From positions 2,476-66,475 of the forward strand of contig JAUCBJ010003066.1 in the NCBI GenBank assembly GCA_032718475.1: DNA of 64,000 nt, in the 5' to 3' direction. Source of the stretch: Nemertoderma westbladi (Eukaryota > Animalia > Xenacoelomorpha). The notes beneath the pieces were generated by a model. That model did not search any database and was not told where the DNA came from. It was given only the letters and a program-made list of their open reading frames with translations. Positions within the stretch are counted from its first letter, which is position 1; every line of letters starts with the position of its first letter. This document shows positions 53,251 to 64,000 of this stretch, in pieces. Position numbers and translations under genes: made by a program.

Positions 53251-53359
53251 CGAGCGCTTATTGTGTGGGAAAGTTGGGAGGCATTAGAGGAGGCCAAGGA
53301 AAAACAAACAGAAAATCGACAGGAATTGAAACAGAAAAAATTTGACAAAAAATTAAAAG
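53242..53359 (+). CDS. XPA: XPA exon 4
   Basis: ttctcaatag|GTT; [39 protein letters not shown] (cf. [20 protein letters not shown]...[10 protein letters not shown]); 118 nt; donor G|GTTAGA. Confidence 0.93.
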
Positions 53360-53627
53360 GTTAGAGTTGAATAATTACTGACTATTAACAGGTATAGGTA
53401 GGTATAGTACTACTTCATCAGTATTATTTGTTAATGTTGTTACTTTTTTTTGTCTTATCCTATTGTTTACGCTGCTCATAAAAAGTTTAGTGTTTCCGAT
53501 TCCGATAGCTATACTTTGTTGTTCCGGCCACGGTTAGGTTATTATGTCCTGCTGGTCCAGGATATGTTGACATCTACTGAACCAATAGTGAATATAATAA
53601 GTGGTAATAGTAGCAAATAATTAATTG

Positions 53628-54460
53628 TACTACTACTACTGGGTCGAGAGAGCTCGGACAGCGGAAATGAGATCCTTCCAGGCTTCCCGATTCTCCATAG
53701 TTGTCGCAATTTCGTTTCTCCCAAGTTCAGTATCCCTTTCAAGTTGATCTATATATGTTATGGCCGGTCGTCCACGACTACGCTTTCCATGAGTTGGTTG
53801 CCAGAAAAGTAGATCTGGTATGACCTCGTCTTTACTTCGCCAGCAGTGCCCACTGAATCTTAATCTGCGTTCACGGAGGGTGGTTGATACAGGTGGTATT
53901 GTACCATAAAGCTCGGCGTTTGTCATGTGTTGTCTCCAGCTGATGTTTAGGGCTGCCTTTAGTAGTCTTGTGTAGCAACCATCAATTCGTTGTTCAAGTG
54001 ATTTAGTCAGTGTCCAGGTCTCACCCCCATATAAAAATACACTTTCCACTGTGGCTCGAAAGAACTTAGTCTCCAGGTGCCTGGAGAGATCTGATTTCCA
54101 GATGGTATCCATTTTTGATAGAGCTTGTTGTTTGTTGATTAATATCAATGGTTGTCAAGTTTCCATCAACATTAAAGGTCATGAATTCGGTCTTGGTAGC
54201 ATTTATATGCAATCCAACCTCCTTAGCAGCCCTCTCCACTTTATTTAGTAGAAGCTGTGCATCTGCTAGCGTATTAGAGAGCAGGGCGATGTCATCCGCA
54301 AAGTCGGTGTCTGTGACTGTAGTTGCCGGATATCTACTACTTCTGCGTTCTTTTAGTGTGAATCCCAGGTCTTCACCCATTGTGGCCGTCCTCATTGCGT
54401 AATCCACCAGAACAATTACAAATAGTAATGTTGATAATGTGTCACATATCAGTGCCCATG
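53628..54460 (-). mobile_element. 5'-truncated, frameshifted non-LTR retrotransposon (RTE-like) fragment, antisense in XPA intron 4
   Basis: RT motifs LFVIV.VDYAMR, DFADDIALL, GLHINATKTEFM; C-terminal VFLYGGETWTL, RRLRFSGHCWR, GKRSRGRP; 3' (TAG)n microsatellite tail. Confidence 0.9.
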
Positions 54461-54666
54461 ATTAGATTGGGAAGGTTCTTTGACTTAATTCCTTCATAAT
54501 TTGATACAGAATAGAACAAATAGTGCAATTTGAAAAAAAACGCAATTGTTTAAATCCGGAGCGTTTCGTATAATCATATAAATCTTCAGCGAAATAGACG
54601 ACAAGGTAGACCTAGTCGTTTGGGAGGGAACAAAGAGCCATACAAGGCCACAACTACAACCAAGAC

Positions 54667-57600
54667 AAACTGAATCCACTTCTATAGGTTCAGTTACACC
54701 AAACTGAATCCACTTCTATAGGTTCAGTTACACCAAACTGAATCCACTACTATAGGTTCAGTTACACCAAACTGAATCCACTACTATAGGTTCAGTTACA
54801 CCAAACTGAATCCACTTCTATAGGTTCAGTTACACCAAACTGAATCCACTACTATAGGTTCAGTTACACCAAACTGAATCCACTTCTATAGGTTCAGTTA
54901 CACCAAACTGAATCCACTACTATAGGTTCAGTTACACCAAACTGAATCCACTACTATAGGTTCAGTTACACCAAACTGAATCCACTTCTATAGGTTCAGT
55001 TACACCAAACTGAATCCACTACTATAGGTTCAGTTACACCAAACTGAATCCACTACTATAGGTTCAGTTACACCAAACTGAATCCACTTCTATAGGTTCA
55101 GTTACACCAAACTGAATCCACTACTATAGGTTCAGTTACACCAAACTGAATCCACTACTATAGGTTCAGTTACACCAAACTGAATCCACTACTATAGGTT
55201 CAGTTACACCAAACTGAATCCACTTCTATAGGTTCAGTTACACCAAACTGAATCCACTACTATAGGTTCAGTTACACCAAACTGAATCCACTACTATAGG
55301 TTCAGTTACACCAAACTGAATCCACTTCTATAGGTTCAGTTACACCAAACTGAATCCACTACTATAGGTTCAGTTACACCAAACTGAATCCACTACTATA
55401 GGTTCAGTTACACCAAACTGAATCCACTACTATAGGTTCAGTTACACCAAACTCAATCCACTACTATAGGTTCAGTTACACCAAACTGAATCCACTACTA
55501 TAGGTTCAGTTACACCAAACTCAATCCACTACTATAGGTTCAGTTACACCAAACTGAATCCACTACTATAGGTTCAGTTACACCAAACTCAATCCACTAC
55601 TATAGGTTCAGTTACACCAAACTGAATCCACTACTATAGGTTCAGTTACACCAAACTGAATCCACTACTATAGGTTCAGTTACACCAAACTCAATCCACT
55701 ACTATAGGTTCAGTTACACCAAACTCAATCCACTACTATAGGTTCAGTTACACCAAACTGAATCCACTACTATAGGTTCAGTTACACCAAACTGAATCCA
55801 CTACTATAGGTTCAGTTACACCAAACTCAATCCACTACTATAGGTTCAGTTACACCAAACTCAATCCACTACTATAGGTTCAGTTACACCAAACTGAATC
55901 CACTACTATAGGTTCAGTTACACCAAACTCAATCCACTACTATAGGTTCAGTTACACCAAACTGAATCCACTACTATAGGTTCAGTTACACCAAACTCAA
56001 TCCACTACTATAGGTTCAGTTACACCAAACTGAATCCACTTCTATAGGTTCAGTTACACCAAACTGAATCCACTACTATAGGTTCAGTTACACCAAACTC
56101 AATCCACTACTATAGGTTCAGTTACACCAAACTGAATCCACTACTATAGGTTCAGTTACACCAAACTGAATCCACTACTATAGGTTCAGTTACACCAAAC
56201 TAAATCCACTACTATAGGTTCAGTTACACCAAACTGAATCCACTACTATAGGTTCAGTTACACCAAACTGAATCCACTACTATAGGTTCAGTTACACCAA
56301 ACTCAATCCACTACTATAGGTTCAGTTACACCAAACTGAATCCACTACTATAGGTTCAGTTACACCAAACTGAATCCACTACTATAGGTTCAGTTACACC
56401 AAACTGAATCCACTACTATAGGTTCAGTTACACCAAACTCAATCCACTACTATAGGTTCAGTTACACCAAACTGAATCCACTACTATAGGTTCAGTTACA
56501 CCAAACTGAATCCACTACTATAGGTTCAGTTACACCAAACTGAATCCACTACTATAGGTTCAGTTACACCAAACTCAATCCACTACTATAGGTTCAGTTA
56601 CACCAAACTGAATCCACTACTATAGGTTCAGTTACACCAAACTGAATCCACTACTATAGGTTCAGTTACACCAAACTCAATCCACTACTATAGGTTCAGT
56701 TACACCAAACTCAATCCACTACTATAGGTTCAGTTACACCAAACTCAATCCACTACTATAGGTTCAGTTACACCAAACTAAATCCACTACTATAGGTTCA
56801 GTTACACCAAACTGAATCCACTACTATAGGTTCAGTTACACCAAACTGAATCCACTACTATAGGTTCAGTTACACCAAACTGAATCCACTACTATAGGTT
56901 CAGTTACACCAAACTCAATCCACTACTATAGGTTCAGTTACACCAAACTGAATCCACTACTATAGGTTCAGTTACACCAAACTGAATCCACTACTATAGG
57001 TTCAGTTACACCAAACTGAATCCACTACTATAGGTTCAGTTACACCAAACTGAATCCACTACTATAGGTTCAGTTACACCAAACTGAATCCACTACTATA
57101 GGTTCAGTTACACCAAACTCAATCCACTACTATAGGTTCAGTTACACCAAACTGAATCCACTACTATAGGTTCAGTTACACCAAACTGAATCCACTACTA
57201 TAGGTTCAGTTACACCAAACTGAATCCACTACTATAGGTTCAGTTACACCAAACTCAATCCACTACTATAGGTTCAGTTACACCAAACTGAATCCACTAC
57301 TATAGGTTCAGTTACACCAAACTGAATCCACTACTATAGGTTCAGTTACACCAAACTCAATCCACTACTATAGGTTCAGTTACACCAAACTGAATCCACT
57401 ACTATAGGTTCAGTTACACCAAACTGAATCCACTACTATAGGTTCAGTTACACCAAACTCAATCCACTACTATAGGTTCAGTTACACCAAACTGAATCCA
57501 CTACTATAGGTTCAGTTACACCAAACTCAATCCACTACTATAGGTTCAGTTACACCAAACTGAATCCACTACTATAGGTTCAGTTACACCAAACTGAATC

Positions 57601-60277
57601 CACTACTATAGGTTCAGTTACACCAAACTCAATCCACTACTATAGGTTCAGTTACACCAAACTCAATCCACTACTATAGGTTCAGTTACACCAAACTGAA
57701 TCCACTACTATAGGTTCAGTTACACCAAACTGAATCCACTACTATAGGTTCAGTTACACCAAACTCAATCCACTACTATAGGTTCAGTTACACCAAACTC
57801 AATCCACTACTATAGGTTCAGTTACACCAAACTGAATCCACTACTATAGGTTCAGTTACACCAAACTGAATCCACTACTATAGGTTCAGTTACACCAAAC
57901 TGAATCCACTACTATAGGTTCAGTTACACCAAACTCAATCCACTACTATAGGTTCAGTTACACCAAACTGAATCCACTACTATAGGTTCAGTTACACCAA
58001 ACTGAATCCACTACTATAGGTTCAGTTACACCAAACTCAATCCACTACTATAGGTTCAGTTACACCAAACTGAATCCACTACTATAGGTTCAGTTACACC
58101 AAACTGAATCCACTACTATAGGTTCAGTTACACCAAACTGAATCCACTACTATAGGTTCAGTTACACCAAACTGAATCCACTACTATAGGTTCAGTTACA
58201 CCAAACTGAATCCACTACTATAGGTTCAGTTACACCAAACTCAATCCACTACTATAGGTTCAGTTACACCAAACTGAATCCACTACTATAGGTTCAGTTA
58301 CACCAAACTGAATCCACTACTATAGGTTCAGTTACACCAAACTGAATCCACTACTATAGGTTCAGTTACACCAAACTCAATCCACTACTATAGGTTCAGT
58401 TACACCAAACTGAATCCACTACTATAGGTTCAGTTACACCAAACTGAATCCACTACTATAGGTTCAGTTACACCAAACTGAATCCACTACTATAGGTTCA
58501 GTTACACCAAACTCAATCCACTACTATAGGTTCAGTTACACCAAACTGAATCCACTACTATAGGTTCAGTTACACCAAACTGAATCCACTACTATAGGTT
58601 CAGTTACACCAAACTGAATCCACTACTATAGGTTCAGTTACACCAAACTCAATCCACTACTATAGGTTCAGTTACACCAAACTCAATCCACTACTATAGG
58701 TTCAGTTACACCAAACTGAATCCACTACTATAGGTTCAGTTACACCAAACTGAATCCACTACTATAGGTTCAGTTACACCAAACTGAATCCACTACTATA
58801 GGTTCAGTTACACCAAACTGAATCCACTACTATAGGTTCAGTTACACCAAACTGAATCCACTACTATAGGTTCAGTTACACCAAACTGAATCCACTACTA
58901 TAGGTTCAGTTACACCAAACTCAATCCACTACTATAGGTTCAGTTACACCAAACTCAATCCACTACTATAGGTTCAGTTACACCAAACTGAATCCACTAC
59001 TATAGGTTCAGTTACACCAAACTGAATCCACTACTATAGGTTCAGTTACACCAAACTGAATCCACTACTATAGGTTCAGTTACACCAAACTCAATCCACT
59101 ACTATAGGTTCAGTTACACCAAACTCAATCCACTACTATAGGTTCAGTTACACCAAACTGAATCCACTACTATAGGTTCAGTTACACCAAACTGAATCCA
59201 CTACTATAGGTTCAGTTACACCAAACTGAATCCACTACTATAGGTTCAGTTACACCAAACTCAATCCACTACTATAGGTTCAGTTACACCAAACTGAATC
59301 CACTACTATAGGTTCAGTTACACCAAACTGAATCCACTACTATAGGTTCAGTTACACCAAACTCAATCCACTACTATAGGTTCAGTTACACCAAACTGAA
59401 TCCACTACTATAGGTTCAGTTACACCAAACTGAATCCACTACTATAGGTTCAGTTACACCAAACTGAATCCACTACTATAGGTTCAGTTACACCAAACTG
59501 AATCCACTACTATAGGTTCAGTTACACCAAACTCAATCCACTACTATAGGTTCAGTTACACCAAACTAAATCCACTACTATAGGTTCAGTTACACCAAAC
59601 TGAATCCACTACTATAGGTTCAGTTACACCAAACTGAATCCACTACTATAGGTTCAGTTACACCAAACTCAATCCACTACTATAGGTTCAGTTACACCAA
59701 ACTGAATCCACTACTATAGGTTCAGTTACACCAAACTGAATCCACTACTATAGGTTCAGTTACACCAAACTGAATCCACTACTATAGGTTCAGTTACACC
59801 AAACTCAATCCACTACTATAGGTTCAGTTACACCAAACTCAATCCACTACTATAGGTTCAGTTACACCAAACTCAATCCACTACTATAGGTTCAGTTACA
59901 CCAAACTGAATCCACTACTATAGGTTCAGTTACACCAAACTGAATCCACTACTATAGGTTCAGTTACACCAAACTGAATCCACTACTATAGGTTCAGTTA
60001 CACCAAACTCAATCCACTACTATAGGTTCAGTTACACCAAACTGAATCCACTACTATAGGTTCAGTTACACCAAACTGAATCCACTACTATAGGTTCAGT
60101 TACACCAAACTGAATCCACTACTATAGGTTCAGTTACACCAAACTGAATCCACTACTATAGGTTCAGTTACACCAAACTGAATCCACTACTATAGGTTCA
60201 GTTACACCAAACTGAATCCACTACTATAGGTTCAGTTACACCAAACTGAATCCACTACCATAGGTTCAGTTACACCA
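54667..60277. repeat. 34-bp highly homogeneous satellite (~165 copies)
   Basis: Unit tataggttcagttacaccaaactgaatccactac; main variants actg/actc and cttc/ctac; internal dyad ttcagtt/aactgaa. Confidence 0.98.
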
Positions 60278-60499
60278 GAGCCCGAGTTAGTACATTAATT
60301 TATTATGAGGTAACGAATTAGGGTTTTTCTGGTCTGGTACATTTAGACAGTAAAAGCATTAACCTATATTGTGCATATTATTACTATACCCAACTACAAC
60401 TCTAAGAATATCTAAGAATCGTAGCGGTGGAGGTTCAAATCCCAGTAACAGCTATTGAGATTTCGGACGATCTTACAAAGTCTTCGATAGTTATGAAAT

Positions 60500-63400
60500 C
60501 ATCATCCTTGGGAGTTAGTGCGGTACTCTCCATCATCCGTGGGAGTTAGTGCGGTACTCTCCTTCACCCTTGGGAGTTAGTGCGGTACTCTCCTTTACCC
60601 TTGGGAGTTAGTGCGGTACTCTCCTTTACCCTTGGGAGTTAGTGCGGTACTCTCCATCACCCTTGGGAGTTAGTGCGGTACTCTCCTTTACCCTTGGGAG
60701 TTAGTGCGGTACTCTCCTTCACTCTTGGGAGTTAGTGCGGTACTCTCCTTCACCCTTGGGAGTTAGTGCGGTACTCTCCTTCACCCTTGGGAGTTAGTGC
60801 GGTACTCTCCTTCACCCTTGGGAGTTAGTGCGGTACTCTCCTTCACTCTTGGGAGTTAGTGCGGTACTCTCCTTTACCCTTGGGAGTTAGTGCGGTACTC
60901 TCCTTCACCCTTGGGAGTTAGTGCGGTACTCACCTTCACCCTTGGGAGTTAGTGCGGTACTCTCCTTTACCCTTGGGAGTTAGTGCGGTACTCTCCATCA
61001 CCCTTGGGAGTTAGTGCGGTACTCTCCTTTACCCTTGGGAGTTAGTGCGGTACTCTCCTTTACCCTTGGGAGTTAGTGCGGTACTCTCCATCACCCTTGG
61101 GAGTTAGTGCGGTACTCTCCTTTACCCTTGGGAGTTAGTGCGGTACTCTCCTTTACCCTTGGGAGTTAGTGCGGTACTCTCCATCACCCTTGGGAGTTAG
61201 TGCGGTACTCTCCTTTACCCTTGGGAGTTAGTGCGGTACTCTCCTTCACTCATGGGAGTTAGTGCGGTACTCTCCTTCACCCTTGGGAGTTAGTGCGGTA
61301 CTCTCCTTCACCCTTGGGAGTTAGTGTGGTACTCTCCTTCACCCTTGGGAGTTAGTGCGGTACTCTCCTTTACCCTTGGGAGTTAGTGCGGTACTCTCCA
61401 TCACCCTTGGGAGTTAGTGCGGTACTCTCCTTCACCCTTGGGAGTTAGTGCGGTACTCTCCTTTACCCTTGGGAGTTAGTGCGGTACTCTCCATCACCCT
61501 TGGGAGTTAGTGCGGTACTCTCCATCACCCTTGGGAGTTAGTGCGGTACTCTCCATCACCCTTGGGAGTTAGTGCGGTACTCTCCTTTACCCTTGGGAGT
61601 TAGTGCGGTACTCTCCATCACCCTTGGGAGTTAGTGCGGTACTCTCCTTCACCCTTGGGAGTTAGTGCGGTACTCTCCTTCACCCTTGGGAGTTAGTGCG
61701 GTACTCTCCTTCACTCTTGGGAGTTAGTGCGGTACTCTCCTTCACCCTTGGGAGTTAGTGCGGTGCTCTCCTTTACCCTTGGGAGTTAGTGCGGTACTCT
61801 CCATCATCCGTGGGAGTTAGTGCGGTACTCTCCTTTACCCTTGGGAGTTAGTGCGGTACTCTCCATCATCCATGGGAGTTAGTGCGGTACTCTCCATCAC
61901 CCTTGGGAGATAGTGCGGTACTCTCCATCACCCTTGGGAGTTAGTGCGGTACTCTCCTTTACCCTTGGGAGTTAGTGCGGTACTCTCCATCACCCTTGGG
62001 AGTTAGTGCGGTACTCTCCATCATCCATGGGAGTTAGTGCGGTACTCTCCATCACCCTTGGGAGTTAGTGCGGTACTCTCCATCACCCTTGGGAGTTAGT
62101 GCGGTACTCTCCTTTACCCTTGGGAGTTAGTGCGGTACTCTCCTTTACCCTTGGGAGTTAGTGCGGTACTCTCCTTTACCCTTGGGAGTTAGTGCGGTAC
62201 TCTCCTTCACCCTTGGGAGTTAGTGCGGTACTCTCCATCACCCTTGGGAGTTAGTGCGGTACTCTCCTTCACCCTTGGGAGTTAGTGCGGTACTCTCCTT
62301 CACCCTTGGGAGTTAGTGCGGTACTCTCCATCATCCGTGGGAGTTAGTGCGGTACTCTCCATCACCCTTGGGAGTTAGTGCGGTACTCTCCTTCACCCTT
62401 GGGAGTTAGTGCGGTACTCTCCTTCACCCTTGGGAGTTAGTGCGGTACTCTCCTTCACCCTTGGGAGTTAGTGCGGTACTCTCCATCACCCTTGGGAGTT
62501 AGTGCGGTACTCTCCATCACCCTTGGGAGTTAGTGCGGTACTCTCCTTTACCCTTGGGAGTTAGTGCGGTACTCTCCATCACCCTTGGGAGTTAGTGCGG
62601 TACTCTCCATCACCCTTGGGAGTTAGTGCGGTACTCTCCATCACCCTTGGGAGTTAGTGCGGTACTCTCCTTTACCCTTGGGAGTTAGTGCGGTACTCTC
62701 CATCACCCTTGGGAGTTAGTGCGGTACTCTCCTTCACCCTTGGGAGTTAGTGCGGTACTCTCCATCACCCTTGGGAGTTAGTGCGGTACTCTCCATCACC
62801 CTTGGGAGTTAGTGCGGTACTCTCCTTTACCCTTGGGAGTTAGTGCGGTACTCTCCATCACCCTTGGGAGTTAGTGCGGTACTCTCCTTCACCCTTGGGA
62901 GTTAGTGCGGTACTCTCCATCACCCTTGGGAGTTAGTGCGGTACTCTCCATCACCCTTGGGAGTTAGTGCGGTACTCTCCATCACCCTTGGGAGTTAGTG
63001 CGGTACTCTCCTTTACCCTTGGGAGTTAGTGCGGTACTCTCCATCACCCTTGGGAGTTAGTGCGGTACTCTCCTTCACCCTTGGGAGTTAGTGCGGTACT
63101 CTCCTTCACCCTTGGGAGTTAGTGCGGTACTCTCCATCATCCTTGGGAGTTAGTGCGGTACTCTCCATCACCCTTGGGAGTTAGTGCGGTACTCTCCATC
63201 ACCCTTGGGAGTTAGTGCGGTACTCTCCTTCACCCTTGGGAGTTAGTGCGGTACTCTCCTTCACCCTTGGGAGTTAGTGCGGTACTCTCCTTCACCCTTG
63301 GGAGTTAGTGCGGTACTCTCCATCATCCTTGGGAGTTAGTGCGGTACTCTCCATCATCCATGGGAGTTAGTGCGGTACTCTCCATCACCCTTGGGAGTTA

Positions 63401-64000
63401 GTGCGGTACTCTCCATCACCCTTGGGAGTTAGTGCGGTACTCTCCTTTACCCTTGGGAGTTAGTGCGGTACTCTCCATCACCCTTGGGAGTTAGTGCGGT
63501 ACTCTCCTTCACCCTTGGGAGTTAGTGCGGTACTCTCCTTCACCCTTGGGAGTTAGTGCGGTACTCTTCATCACCCTTGGGAGTTAGTGCGGTACTCTCC
63601 TTCACCCTTGGGAGTTAGTGCGGTACTCTCCTTTACCCTTGGGAGTTAGTGCGGTACTCTCCTTCACCCTTGGGAGTTAGTGCGGTACTCTCCTTCACCC
63701 TTGGGAGTTAGTGCGGTACTCTCCTTCACCCTTGGGAGTTAGTGCGGTACTCTCCTTTACCCTTGGGAGTTAGTGCGGTACTCTCCTTTACCCTTGGGAG
63801 TTAGTGCGGTACTCTCCTTTACCCTTGGGAGTTAGTGCGGTACTCTCCTTCACCCTTGGGAGTTAGTGCGGTACTCTCCTTCACCCTTGGGAGTTAGTGC
63901 GGTACTCTCCTTCACCCTTGGGAGTTAGTGCGGTACTCTCCTTCACCCTTGGGAATTAGTGCGGTACTCTCCTTCACCCTTGGGAGTTAGTGCGGTACTC
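60500..64000. repeat. 31-bp satellite (>110 copies, runs off the window end)
   Basis: Unit cccttgggagttagtgcggtactctcc(ttc/ttt/atc)a. Confidence 0.98.

Noticed and set aside
47748-53345. Repeat-protein ORFs on both strands (EPSENKIVP, GSGTILFSL, RFGNYFVLT)
   Set aside because: A 27-nt period leaves several frames open at once; the only homologous coding frame is XPA exon 4.
54560-54700. Possible last XPA exon after cttcag
   Set aside because: The phase-1 join gives an immediate stop (GCG AAA TAG), and no frame has the XPA C-terminal His/Cys motif.
60421-60452. B-box-like GGTTCAAATCCC
   Set aside because: Isolated motif without a convincing A-box or cloverleaf.
11983-64000. CRISPR-like appearance of the 23-46-bp repeats
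   Set aside because: Units are head-to-tail with no unique spacers, there are no cas genes, and the context is eukaryotic with spliceosomal introns.

Overview
Eukaryotic (animal-like, intron-containing) genomic DNA, roughly two-thirds tandem repeat; no prokaryotic features. Three host genes can be reconstructed by hand. (1) The terminal exon of a membrane-anchored mucin-stalk/fibrinogen-related-domain protein (+, 10951-12018). (2) A complete 5-exon POLR3C/RPC62 gene (-, 40622 to 17997, 513 aa). (3) Head-to-head with it, XPA (+, exons 1-4 at 41401-53359; last exon not found in the window). The most striking signal is that three large satellites are amplified copies of the host genes' own processing junctions. 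A 20.6-kb 38/43-bp array filling POLR3C intron 4 is about 500 copies of that intron's 3' splice acceptor plus exon start. A 5.5-kb 27-bp array is about 200 copies of the XPA exon-4 acceptor (TAG|GTTCGGGAA). A 4.2-kb 46-bp array is about 90 copies of the fibrinogen-like gene's last codons plus stop. At each functional copy there is a private change that could be compensatory: CAG instead of TAG, destruction of the nearest decoy AG, or a new AATAAA. The left 11 kb holds transposon relics: a candidate LTR-element 5' end, a Merlin deletion derivative and a 2.7-kb non-autonomous Polinton/Maverick-like element. XPA introns also carry a Harbinger MITE, an RTE-like LINE fragment and four more minisatellites. 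Nearly all long ORFs in the supplied track are repeat-translation artefacts. Copy numbers are length/period estimates; homology calls are from recalled motifs, not database searches.
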